Shown: positions 8,904-18,277 of the stretch, one piece after another | Layout of the letters: every line of letters starts with the position of its first letter | Position numbering within the stretch: position 1 is the stretch's first letter | Assembly: GCA_964606125.1 (NCBI GenBank) | Contig: CAZSFJ010000002.1 | Coordinates: forward strand, 1 to 48,221 | Reading direction: 5' to 3' | Origin: an uncultured Dehalococcoidaceae bacterium | Lineage (GTDB): Bacteria > Chloroflexota > Dehalococcoidia > UBA2979 | DNA: 48,221 nt | Program-made: the position numbers and the translations under genes | The notes under the pieces: model-generated | Seen by the model: the letters and a program-made list of their open reading frames with translations, nothing else | Database searches by the model: none | Told to the model about the DNA's origin: nothing

Positions 8904-9452
8904 CTAGTCTGAATCTTCAGCGTCGAGGCCAAACTGAAACATTGGCAAATCAAGGGAATGACCATTTTTCTTTGGACACAAAGAAATAGCACAGACTTCT
9001 AGCGGTGAATTACAGAGGGGACAGATAGGTCTCCCAGAAGCCATCAATTCTGAGATTTTTCGTATACAGCGAATCGCCTGATTTCTACTGAGCGCCATGC
9101 GGAAAGTAGGCGAGGCAGCCCTGACATCGGCCTCCTGCTCATCAGCCAAAAAAATTAAATGATCGAGCTCAATGTCGTAGTCAAAACCGGCACGTACAAC
9201 TCGGAAATCAGTCTGAGGATCTTCTGGAAAGTCTGAAATTAAATTAGCTGGACTCCCTGTTTTTGGGTTTTTACGGGACCGTTCGGATAATAGTCGCGAG
9301 AAAATTCTACCTATCTCGCTGAGCTGCTCCTTTTCCAGCCAGAGAGAAGCGTATTGATCACCAGTCCGAGCACGTAGTCGGAAGTGCCGCTGCCCAGGCG
9401 GTCCCACAGCATCTGCATCAACAGCATCAACTAGTCCAAAATCAATCATCAA
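8904..9452 (-). CDS. DUF3090-family protein
   Basis: AVGPPGQRHFRLRA near the N-terminus and a CPLCNSPL...NGHS motif near the C-terminus match my recollection of the DUF3090/TIGR03847 family of Actinobacteria and Chloroflexi. Confidence 0.65.
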   Translation of the reverse strand: MMIDFGLVDAVDADAVGPPGQRHFRLRARTGDQYASLWLEKEQLSEIGRIFSRLLSERSRKNPKTGSPANLISDFPEDPQTDFRVVRAGFDYDIELDHLIFLADEQEADVRAASPTFRMALSRNQAIRCIRKISELMASGRPICPLCNSPLEVCAISLCPKKNGHSLDLPMFQFGLDAEDSD

Positions 9453-9530
9453 CCTAGCCTAGACGGTTATTCATCAATCGCGCAATCAATCCTTACCCAC
9501 AATTACTACCCATCGGGCTAACATATCCGT

Positions 9531-10907
9531 ATGGGATTTCAGGACGGCGACTTCAGATCGATTAGCGCATTGCGTGAACTCTTAGATACCAGGGCAATCT
9601 CGGCATCTGAGTTAGTACAAGACACACTGGATTTAGTTCGAAAAACGAATGCAGAGCTTAATTCCTTTGTTCTGGTCACTGAAAAACTGGCAATAGAACA
9701 AGCAAATGCGGCCGATGACCGACTGATGCAAAATAGTCCCAGAGGCCCTCTCGATGGTATCCCGCTCGCTATTAAAGATTTATATGACACGGCTGGAATA
9801 GCTACAGCCGGCGGAACTTTGGCGTTCAAAAATAGAGTTCCGGATAAAAATGCGGCCGTTGTGGAAAGTTTGACCGCGGCCGGAATGGTAACAATAGGGA
9901 AAACCAACACTCATGAATTAGCACTGGGGGGAACCACCAACAACCCTCATTATGGCCCTACCAGAAATCCTTGGGACTTAGATAGGGTCCCAGGGGGCTC
10001 CTCAGGTGGATCCGGAGCAGCTCTGGCTGCTGGACAAGTTCCCGCAGCGCTAGGAACCGATACAGGCGGATCTGTGAGGATCCCAGCCTCTTTCTGTGGA
10101 GTGACAGGACTTAAACCGACGTTTGGACTTGTTAAAACAGATGGGGTAATCCCTCTTTCCCGCACGCTCGATCACGCTGGCCCTATGGCTCGCTCAGCCC
10201 TGGACTGCGCTTTACTCCTCGATGGAATGACTACCTCAGCTTCTGGAACACTCTATTCAGAAAACATTCATCAGCCCATTGCAGGTGTTCGCCTGGCTGT
10301 TATTCCAGCACTCACAGAGGACTGCGAACCTCACGTAGGAAAATCTTTCGAATATTCACTATCGATACTTCAGAAAATGGGCGTCGATATAACAGAGGTT
10401 GATCCAATGAAGGGTGCTGACAACTGGAGAACCGCCCTTTACCCGATAATTGTGTCAGAGGGTGCCACCTATATCGAGGCAATATTACGAAACAGTCCTG
10501 AACTCGTTGGAGAGGCTGTTAGAACTCGAATGCTAAAAGGCCTAGACGCCTCCTTGCACGAATATGTCCGAGCTCTTGAATGGAGGGCTCAAGTGGAGAG
10601 ACGTTTTGATTTAGCACTGATCGATAATCGCTTGGATGGCTACATAGTACCAACATCACCTCAGGTCGCTGAATTAATCGATACGGACCCACACACTGGG
10701 ATCGAACCGGCAATTAAATTTCGAAACACCAGCGTATTCAACAACACGCGACAACCTTCCATTTCCCTGCCAAACGGATTTGACGATAACGGCCTGCCTA
10801 CGGGGTTGATGATTACGACGGCTAAAGGAACGGATGATTTAACTCTGAGAATAGGCCATAATTTTCAACAAGATACCGATTTTCATCTCCAAAGACCGTC
10901 GGCATGA
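9531..10907 (+). CDS. Amidase (amidase-signature family)
   Basis: GGSSGGSGAALAAG...GTDTGGSVRIPASFCG amidase signature and the KD...catalytic Lys region (LAIKDLYD). No gatB/gatC neighbours are present. Confidence 0.85.
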   Translation: MGFQDGDFRSISALRELLDTRAISASELVQDTLDLVRKTNAELNSFVLVTEKLAIEQANAADDRLMQNSPRGPLDGIPLAIKDLYDTAGIATAGGTLAFKNRVPDKNAAVVESLTAAGMVTIGKTNTHELALGGTTNNPHYGPTRNPWDLDRVPGGSSGGSGAALAAGQVPAALGTDTGGSVRIPASFCGVTGLKPTFGLVKTDGVIPLSRTLDHAGPMARSALDCALLLDGMTTSASGTLYSENIHQPIAGVRLAVIPALTEDCEPHVGKSFEYSLSILQKMGVDITEVDPMKGADNWRTALYPIIVSEGATYIEAILRNSPELVGEAVRTRMLKGLDASLHEYVRALEWRAQVERRFDLALIDNRLDGYIVPTSPQVAELIDTDPHTGIEPAIKFRNTSVFNNTRQPSISLPNGFDDNGLPTGLMITTAKGTDDLTLRIGHNFQQDTDFHLQRPSA

Positions 10908-11824
10908 GTCATTCACCTTGCCCCGCTGAAATTAACGAACGCGAGCCGCTAAGCCCTCGAACATATTTCCGAATCGGCGGATTAGCCGAATATTTTGTTG
11001 AGCCAGCTAGTATAAAGTCTCTGACTGAATCCATTACCTGGGCAACCTCTAATAGTCTTAAAATCCAAGTCCTCGGCGCGGGTTCTAATCTATTAGTGGA
11101 CGACCTAGGCGTAGATGGTCTAACTATCTCTCTGCGCGAACTATCAAATTCAATAGCGATTGATGGTACCTCAGTAACCGTCGGAGCTGGATTTATGTTA
11201 CCTGCTCTAGCGAAAACAGCTGCGTCGAATAGCCTCAGTGGTGTTGAATTCTGTATTGGTATACCGGGTACCGTCGGTGGTGGACTGTGTTCTAACGCCG
11301 GGATTAGCTCAGAAGCTAGCCTAGCGTCCGTCGTTTCCGCAGTCTCCATCTTAGATGGGACGCAACTGCAACTTTTAGATAAAACAGATATTGATTGGAA
11401 CTATCGCAATACATCGCTAGCCTCGGGTGACGTGATAATCATTGATGCACGCCTGCAGCTACATACGGCTGCTATGGAGACAATAGAACTTGAAATGCGG
11501 AAGCTGCTCTCTGCGCGCAAAGCCACTCAGCCGACCGCTGAACCAAATGCTGGATCAATCTTCAAGAATCCACCTGGTGACTTTGCAGGTAGATTGATCG
11601 ACGCAGCGGGAGGTAAAACATTAGAGACTGAAAACGCCCGCGTAAGCCGTATGCACGCCAATTTCATAACTCACAATGGGCGGGCCACCTCAAGTGAAAT
11701 TTTGTATTTGATGAATGAAAGCCGAAATCTCGTCAGAAATAGCTTTGGAATTAGTCTAGAGCCAGAAATAAAATGGTGGGGTACCGGTAAGACCCCTGAA
11801 ATTTTTACCATGAATTCAGGTTGA
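10904..11824 (+). CDS. murB: UDP-N-acetylenolpyruvoylglucosamine reductase
   Basis: FAD-binding motifs YFRIGGLAEYFVEP and LGAGSNLLV, plus C-terminal NAGSIFKNP. The start overlaps the amidase stop (ATGA). Confidence 0.9.
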   Translation: MSHSPCPAEINEREPLSPRTYFRIGGLAEYFVEPASIKSLTESITWATSNSLKIQVLGAGSNLLVDDLGVDGLTISLRELSNSIAIDGTSVTVGAGFMLPALAKTAASNSLSGVEFCIGIPGTVGGGLCSNAGISSEASLASVVSAVSILDGTQLQLLDKTDIDWNYRNTSLASGDVIIIDARLQLHTAAMETIELEMRKLLSARKATQPTAEPNAGSIFKNPPGDFAGRLIDAAGGKTLETENARVSRMHANFITHNGRATSSEILYLMNESRNLVRNSFGISLEPEIKWWGTGKTPEIFTMNSG

Positions 11825-12958
11825 GATAACTACCATATTGTTCCTGTGTATCAGTTCATGCCCGTACTCATAGCCAAGAACTGAAATTATGTCTTCGCTC
11901 TGTATACCACAAATCTGCTTGGCATCTTCTGAGGAGTAATTAATTATTCCCACTGCCAATCGATCACCTGCCTCAGATCTGACTTCGACCACATCGCCTC
12001 TTTCAAATGCACCGGAGCTTTCCACTAATCCCACCGGCAAGAGTGAAGCCCCCTCAGATAAAGCCTTACTGGCTCCATCATCAACGACTACCACTCCTCG
12101 GTTAGCATATTCAGAGAGTAGATACCTCCGTCGGCTCTCGACATTTGTAGTAGTTGACTGGAAATATGTACCGTTCTCATTCGAAGTCACAGCGGAGCCT
12201 AAGGAACCAGGAGACTTGCCATTTGTAATAAGTACAGACGTTCCGCTCTCCATAGCGATTCTTGCGGCATTGACTTTGCTCGCCATACCACCTCGGCCCC
12301 GTTCATTCGCTGAACCGGCAACAGATAGAATATATTCGTCGACGTGGTCCACTTGACTGATTAACTTGGCCTCTGGATTCGAAAATGGATCAGAGTCATA
12401 CAGACCATCTACATCGCTCAGTATCACCAACAGATCAGCATCAATCAAATTAGCAATTAGGGCCGACAAATGATCGTTATCACCAATATTCACATCAGCA
12501 ATTTCGTCAGTAGCCAGCACGTCATTTTCATTCACAACAGGTACAGACCCAGTCTCCAAAAGATTGAGGATGGTATTTCTAGCATGCAAATAGCTGAGTC
12601 TGTCCTGAACATCACGACGCGTTATAAGAATTTGAGCGGTGAGTATGTCCAGCCCATCGAAGGCTTCAACCCAACGTTTCATGAGAGGAACTTGACCCAA
12701 AGCAGCCAGTACCTGTTTCGAGGTGGTGCTGGCGTGTGTGGAAGACTGTGTATACAGTCCGCTCCCTTCTAATAGACTTCGGCCCTCTGTTATTGCTCCG
12801 CTGGTGACTAATACAACCTGCACGCCATCGCGCCTAAGTAATTCAATTTCTCGGGCAATGTTTGCGACAGTATCAGATGACACAGATTCAGTTCCGTCAG
12901 TAAGTACGTTTGTACCAACTTTGACAACAATCCTGTGAATCTCTTGCTTATGCTTCAT
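11816..12958 (-). CDS. proB: Glutamate 5-kinase with PUA domain
   Basis: RIVVKVGTNVLT, GDNDHLSALIANLIDADLLVILSDVDGLY, and a C-terminal PUA-like VVVDDGASKAL...LLPVGL. Confidence 0.9.
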   Translation of the reverse strand: MKHKQEIHRIVVKVGTNVLTDGTESVSSDTVANIAREIELLRRDGVQVVLVTSGAITEGRSLLEGSGLYTQSSTHASTTSKQVLAALGQVPLMKRWVEAFDGLDILTAQILITRRDVQDRLSYLHARNTILNLLETGSVPVVNENDVLATDEIADVNIGDNDHLSALIANLIDADLLVILSDVDGLYDSDPFSNPEAKLISQVDHVDEYILSVAGSANERGRGGMASKVNAARIAMESGTSVLITNGKSPGSLGSAVTSNENGTYFQSTTTNVESRRRYLLSEYANRGVVVVDDGASKALSEGASLLPVGLVESSGAFERGDVVEVRSEAGDRLAVGIINYSSEDAKQICGIQSEDIISVLGYEYGHELIHRNNMVVIST

Positions 12959-13035
12959 GGTTAGTTAAAGTTTAGCTCCTGGTGGATTCACTCGCCGTTA
13001 GATAATCTTGAGACTCATCCGTACATACGGCGCTA

Positions 13036-13920
13036 ATGAAGTTTAGAATATCTAGTATGTGGTCAAAGGCTATTTCCCAATTGAGAGTAGATGCACTTAC
13101 TCATCTGCTTATCGATGGCGGAAAAAGGTTCGTCCGAGTGCACGGGCCTCAGCATGCTGCCGCAACCGCCTATTATGGGATATTTTCGTTATTCCCACTT
13201 ACCTTTCTTCTGAGTAGTGTCTCTGGAATTTTTTTTGAAGCAAATACTCAAGAGATCGCCATAGAAATCTTGGCCAATCAACTTCATATAACTGACGAAT
13301 CTATATCCGCAGCAATGAAAAGGTTCCTAGAACTTGGGCCTCCTATTTTAATCGCGTCAACTCCAGCATTAATATTAACGTCCGGAACTATGACCGCGTC
13401 ACTCCGAAAAGGTCTCGATGAAGCTTTCGGGCCCACCCGTAATCGATCGTTCATAAGATCCAGACTTATTGACTATTCGTTAATTCCCTTCCTAACTCTC
13501 CCCTTAGTTGGAGGATTTCTCACGACCACCTTTTGGAACTTTTCACTAATCAACTACACCCGTCTAGCTATAGCCGATCTAGAAAGTTACCTACAGACAC
13601 CTCAAATGGCACTCGCGGTCATCCTGTCATTTTTGCTGACATTTATCTCTACTCTGCTCTGGTACCGTTTTGTCCCTACCCTTAAACCACCTGTCCAAAC
13701 CCTATGGTTTGGGGCTTTAATCGCTGCCGCTGGATTTGAAGCTGTGAAATACGGATTTACTTACTACATCTCAAGGTCCATAACATTTGACCTGTTTTAC
13801 GGACCTCTGACCTCGATTATGGCAACAATGCTATTTATATTTATATCAGCCTATATTTTTATATTTGGGGCCTCTGTAGCTCAGCAAATGCTAGTCAGGG
13901 CAAATAGACGTGACTACTGA
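13036..13920 (+). CDS. YihY/BrkB family membrane protein
   Basis: HAAATAYYGIFSLFPL motif and about 6 TM helices in 294 aa. Confidence 0.72.
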   Translation: MKFRISSMWSKAISQLRVDALTHLLIDGGKRFVRVHGPQHAAATAYYGIFSLFPLTFLLSSVSGIFFEANTQEIAIEILANQLHITDESISAAMKRFLELGPPILIASTPALILTSGTMTASLRKGLDEAFGPTRNRSFIRSRLIDYSLIPFLTLPLVGGFLTTTFWNFSLINYTRLAIADLESYLQTPQMALAVILSFLLTFISTLLWYRFVPTLKPPVQTLWFGALIAAAGFEAVKYGFTYYISRSITFDLFYGPLTSIMATMLFIFISAYIFIFGASVAQQMLVRANRRDY

Positions 13921-14627
13921 TTCTGTAGTGTCGAACTAATCCATAGACTTGCTGCATCCACCAAAGGTTTTATAGCTATCTGTATGTCCCAATCCAGTTC
14001 CGCAAATGTTTCCATACATTTCTCAATGGAGACAAGAGCTTCTCTATATCTTTTCTGTTCATGCTCAGAGTCGACAGCCTTAAAGCCTTGTAATTTCCTC
14101 GGCCCTTCTCGACCACCTTCAGAAATATACCAATCTTTGAACGCGACACCGCACCCTACTGAGAACATCATCGAACCTAAGGGAGTAATAATCGGCGGGA
14201 CTTTCGACGCCAAAGCTCTTGCCGTGCTCCTTCTTCCTAGCGAATCATATTCGATCATCATGTGGCCGCCAGTTGGTACTAGCTCTGACAGAGTCCGAAT
14301 AATATTGAGATCGATACTGTCTGGAATTTCAACCACACCCTTGGCGAATTCAATAGAGGAATTAAATGATGTGACCTCAACCCAATTGAAACCTGGAAAT
14401 TTACCTGAATTCTGTAGGCCGATTAAGACCGGTACTTCCGACATCCCAAGGGTCGTGGAATTAAGGAATACTCTGAAGTTGGTTGAACCTACCCTATTTC
14501 GTTTGCCAATCTCCACGGCCAGAAATACTCCGTCGCCAACCTCTCTTCCCTCGAGTAGGTGTAGAGGATGGTCAGGGAAACTGTTCACCGCACTCCAGAT
14601 TCGTGCCACCTTACTCTCTCCTGTCAT
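13914..14627 (-). CDS. Hypothetical protein, no family recognised
   Basis: 237-aa ORF with balanced, protein-like composition and motif-like stretches (GGHMMIEYDS, FKDWYISEGGREGPRKLQGF). The alternative start GTG 14609 has a better SD (GGAGAGAG). A near-complete antisense ORF also exists (see rejected). Confidence 0.55.
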   Translation of the reverse strand: MTGESKVARIWSAVNSFPDHPLHLLEGREVGDGVFLAVEIGKRNRVGSTNFRVFLNSTTLGMSEVPVLIGLQNSGKFPGFNWVEVTSFNSSIEFAKGVVEIPDSIDLNIIRTLSELVPTGGHMMIEYDSLGRRSTARALASKVPPIITPLGSMMFSVGCGVAFKDWYISEGGREGPRKLQGFKAVDSEHEQKRYREALVSIEKCMETFAELDWDIQIAIKPLVDAASLWISSTLQNQ

Positions 14628-14684
14628 ACGATCTGTTTACATGATACTGTCGCATCACGTTTATTCCCGGGAAACAGCGAGAAC

Positions 14685-16061
14685 ATGAAGACACATCATC
14701 CCGAAAAACATTCCCATTCCAGTACTAAAAACGATAGTGCCTCTGAATATATTGCAAGTCTTGTGCAGCTTTCGTCAAGGCCAGAACGAATCAATATATC
14801 CAGCCCCGAAGACAATTTATTAAAGTTTAGAGAATTTCTCAAAGCCGAAATGTATCCCGATAAACGACACACTATTCACGTCGCTGGTTCGAAAGGAAAA
14901 GGCTCAACAGTTCATTTCATCGATGTGATTTTGAGGGCCGCATCCGCAAACACTTACAGATTTACATCACCCGACATCCATTCAGTGCGGGAACGAATAG
15001 CCATCAACGGTAAACCAATCTCACAAAAACACTTTGTAAGTCTGTTCAAGGTGCTTGACTCAGACCCATCAGCATCGAACTGGTCATATTTTCAGTTTCT
15101 AACAGCTATGGGTTGGCTCGAAGCACGTGCACAGAGTGCGAACTGGCAGGTCTTAGAAGTGGGTCTCGGGGGTAGGCTTGATCCAACAAATGCTGTCCAT
15201 AGCAAGGAAGTCGCCGTGATCACCCCCCTCGATCTGGAACACACCGAAATACTAGGGGAAACTTTTGACGCAATAGCTCACGAAAAACTCGCCATAGCAG
15301 ATGCAGATTGTCATCTGGTAATCGGGGCACAATCAGAACAGGCTCTTAAATCAATCAAGAAACATACTAGCGCTGGCGAAACCCCTGTGAGTTACGTCGC
15401 AGATGAATGCATGTTGCAAATCCACGAATACGACCTATCAGGTCAAACTATTACCGTGGAAACCCCTGAACATCTCTATACTCGACTGCATTTTCCGGTC
15501 ATTGCTAAGCATCAAGCTGAGAATCTCATGACTGCTATCCGCAGCAGTGAAATTGCTTGGCGGAAAGTGTACAGAAGACAAATTCCTGCTGAAGTCGTTC
15601 ATAAGGGAATCGGTGATATTAAGCTAGCCGGCCGTGTTGAAGTAATTTCTCGTGATCCGACGATTGTTTTAGATGGCCTGCATACACCACTCGCGGCGGT
15701 ACGATTTAAAGAAACTGTGACAGAGTTGGGTATAAATAAATCAGTAATATGGATCATTGGTTTTTTAGAGGGCAAAAAATGTGACGCGATCATTCGTGAA
15801 CTCGTCCGATCCGGTGAGGATGTGATCGTTACTACTCCGCCTGGACCACGTGCTCTGGACGTGAACATTACTTACAAAATCGCTTCTAGATATTCCGACA
15901 AAACCTTGATAGCTCCATCGGTAAAAAAGGCGGTTCAGACGGCCGTTAGTATGGCGGATAAAGATTCATCGATATTTATAGTGGGTAGCCTTTACACAGT
16001 CGCATCTGCACGAGCATATTTACTTGGTGTCCCTGACGACACCGACCAGAAGTTGAGATGA
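14685..16061 (+). CDS. folC: Folylpolyglutamate synthase / dihydrofolate synthase
   Basis: Mur-ligase P-loop HVAGSKGKGST and FolC-like architecture. ATG 14685 is preferred because the ORF-track start (14568) overlaps the divergent gene. Confidence 0.85.
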   Translation: MKTHHPEKHSHSSTKNDSASEYIASLVQLSSRPERINISSPEDNLLKFREFLKAEMYPDKRHTIHVAGSKGKGSTVHFIDVILRAASANTYRFTSPDIHSVRERIAINGKPISQKHFVSLFKVLDSDPSASNWSYFQFLTAMGWLEARAQSANWQVLEVGLGGRLDPTNAVHSKEVAVITPLDLEHTEILGETFDAIAHEKLAIADADCHLVIGAQSEQALKSIKKHTSAGETPVSYVADECMLQIHEYDLSGQTITVETPEHLYTRLHFPVIAKHQAENLMTAIRSSEIAWRKVYRRQIPAEVVHKGIGDIKLAGRVEVISRDPTIVLDGLHTPLAAVRFKETVTELGINKSVIWIIGFLEGKKCDAIIRELVRSGEDVIVTTPPGPRALDVNITYKIASRYSDKTLIAPSVKKAVQTAVSMADKDSSIFIVGSLYTVASARAYLLGVPDDTDQKLR

Positions 16062-16070
16062 AGATCAATA

Positions 16071-17342
16071 TTAGGGGGCTGACCTAATAACTAATACAGA
16101 GTTCTGCCCTCCAAATCCAAACGAGTTATTTAACACCAATTTATTTTTTTGGTCTCTGGCTGAATTAGGCACGTAATCAAGATCGCATTCTTCATCAGGA
16201 TTGGAAAGGTTGACGGTCGGAGGTACTACTGAGTCCGAAATTCCCCTAATCAAGGCGATGGTTTCGATCGCGCCACTTGCAGCGAGCATATGTCCGGTCA
16301 TTGATTTAGCTGCATACACCGGTATGTTTTTAGCATAATCACCAAACACACTATGGATTGCAGCTGTTTCCGCTAAATCGCCGACTGGTGTTGAGGTGGC
16401 ATGAGCCGAAATGACCTCAATATCCGTAGCGGAGACTCTAGCATCCTGTAGAGCCCACCGCATCGCTTGAGCCGCTCCTTCTCCATTTTGGGACGGGGCA
16501 ACTAAAAAACTAGCATCTGCAGAGCACCCATATCCGTCTATTTCAGCTAGAGGAGTTACACCACGTTTCCGGGCGTGAGAAAGGGATTCCAATATTAATA
16601 TTCCGGCCCCTTCAGCCGGGACGAACCCATCACGATCGCGATCAAACGGCCGCGATGCTAGCTGCGGATGATCGTTAAATCCTGTTGATAACGCCTTCAT
16701 CGCGAGAAAACCGGCTAGACCTAAATGGCTAATGCCAGCTTCTACTCCACCAGTCATCATGATGTCCGCAGAACCCCTGCGTATGATATGAGCCGCTTCG
16801 CCGATAGCCTGTGTACCAGCCGCGCACGCCGTCACTATGGTGCTGTTATAGCCTCGTAAGCCAAACTCGATTGCAAGATTTGCCGCCGCCATATTCCCGA
16901 GACGTTTAGAAATGTAGAAGGGATCGACACGACTATGACCCCGTTTATGGATGGTTTCCATAGTCTTTTGATCTTCATCAATTGCTCCGCCGCCGTTACC
17001 TAAAATTACACCGACCTCATACGATTGCTCGTCGCTAAGTTCTTCCACATCGATACCAGCTTGGTTCAAGGCCTCCAACGAAGCAGCGATCGCCATCTGC
17101 GAAAATCGAGCAATCCGTCTGCCCACTTTTTTATCCATGTAATGCGAATAATCAAATTCATCTACTTCGCCGGCGATTCGACACTCGTAGCCTGAGGGAT
17201 CGATCAGAGTCATATCACCAATGCCGGAACGACCATTAACCAGAGCATCCCAGAAACCCGGAACATCCAACCCCAAGGGATTAACTGTGCCTATACCAGT
17301 TACTACTACTCGATGACTGCCATCTTGTCGAAAGTTTTCCAT
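16071..17342 (-). CDS. fabF: Beta-ketoacyl-ACP synthase II family (KS paralog 1)
   Basis: HRVVVTGIG N-terminus, active-site TACAAG Cys, AHATSTPVGD and GHMLAASG His motifs, and C-terminal NSFGFGGQN. Confidence 0.88.
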   Translation of the reverse strand: MENFRQDGSHRVVVTGIGTVNPLGLDVPGFWDALVNGRSGIGDMTLIDPSGYECRIAGEVDEFDYSHYMDKKVGRRIARFSQMAIAASLEALNQAGIDVEELSDEQSYEVGVILGNGGGAIDEDQKTMETIHKRGHSRVDPFYISKRLGNMAAANLAIEFGLRGYNSTIVTACAAGTQAIGEAAHIIRRGSADIMMTGGVEAGISHLGLAGFLAMKALSTGFNDHPQLASRPFDRDRDGFVPAEGAGILILESLSHARKRGVTPLAEIDGYGCSADASFLVAPSQNGEGAAQAMRWALQDARVSATDIEVISAHATSTPVGDLAETAAIHSVFGDYAKNIPVYAAKSMTGHMLAASGAIETIALIRGISDSVVPPTVNLSNPDEECDLDYVPNSARDQKNKLVLNNSFGFGGQNSVLVIRSAP

Positions 17343-17389
17343 ACGTCAATCATACCCTCAGCACAAACTTAGGACTCTAGAACATTTGG

Positions 17390-18190
17390 TCAGTGATCTA
17401 GTCTCAGAAATCTCGCTGCGTTAACTCCAATGAATTTTTCATACAGCAGATCATCTTGAATTATGTACCTGATTTCCGTAAGCTCTGTATCTTGTGGTCG
17501 AAGCGGAAAATCTGAACCCCAAGCAACGTGATCCTCACCAACGATCGACGGCACTAGGTTAAAGATTTCAGGCGAATATAGGAATTTGCTAGCCGCAGAA
17601 TCAAATATAAGCCTGTCTTCATCTAAGAATTTTGCGACCTCCGGCATAAATGCAAAGAATGGTAATCCACCACCCCAATGAGCGGCGATTATTCTCGATT
17701 TTTCTGCAGTGCCTAGAAGATCATAGATCTGCCTAAGTGAGAGTCCACCATTTTTCCCAGGATAGTCATGTCCCAACTCCTCACTCACGTGTGCAAGCAA
17801 AATGTCTGAACTCTCCCCCCAAGCAGATAATTCAAGTCGATCGTTGTTTCGCATCTCACCCGAACCTCGGACTCCATCCGGGAGATATTCAGCTGGCAGA
17901 GGCGCCAAAGAAAAGATTCTGTAAATATCTCCATCTCTAGATGCCCTGGAGACTTCTGCCAAATACTCGGCATGATCCTGAGCGATTGACTCATCCTCCC
18001 ACCAAAACCCGGCTGCCACAGACACATCAACACCAGCGATCTCCATCGAATCCAGGAGATCCTGGTCGGTGGCCATCAAAGCTGCTTTATCGTCGTAGAT
18101 GTCAGCGAACTGGGAATCTATGCGGACTAATTTCGCTCGATTACGGATAAATTCGGGAGGGAAAATATGAGTGTGTATATCGATGATCAT
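17390..18190 (-). CDS. Amidohydrolase-2 (TIM-barrel metal-dependent hydrolase) family protein
   Basis: N-terminal MIIDIHTHIFPPEF metal-binding HxH motif and C-terminal WGSDFP. Confidence 0.75.
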   Translation of the reverse strand: MIIDIHTHIFPPEFIRNRAKLVRIDSQFADIYDDKAALMATDQDLLDSMEIAGVDVSVAAGFWWEDESIAQDHAEYLAEVSRASRDGDIYRIFSLAPLPAEYLPDGVRGSGEMRNNDRLELSAWGESSDILLAHVSEELGHDYPGKNGGLSLRQIYDLLGTAEKSRIIAAHWGGGLPFFAFMPEVAKFLDEDRLIFDSAASKFLYSPEIFNLVPSIVGEDHVAWGSDFPLRPQDTELTEIRYIIQDDLLYEKFIGVNAARFLRLDH

Positions 18191-18277
18191 TATTTATACG
18201 ATACCCCCTCGACGAATCGACTACTTATATCGTAGGATCACTTGGGGCGGCGGTGTACACAGATTGGGTTCACCACC

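Noticed and set aside
13019-13030. The palindrome CCGTA-CA-TACGG immediately upstream of the yihY start.
   Set aside because: The arms are only 5 bp with a 2-nt centre. That is too short to argue for an operator and cannot fold as a hairpin.
13984-14688. A 234-aa plus-strand ORF that would form a tidy yihY-ORF-folC series, with an ATGA stop/start overlap at folC.
   Set aside because: The translation is Ser/Pro/Thr/Arg/Cys-rich, poor in Asp/Glu/Lys, and has no motif. This is typical of the antisense shadow of a real gene. The minus-strand product (13914-14627) looks like a genuine protein. It is kept as a point to test under the corresponding finding.
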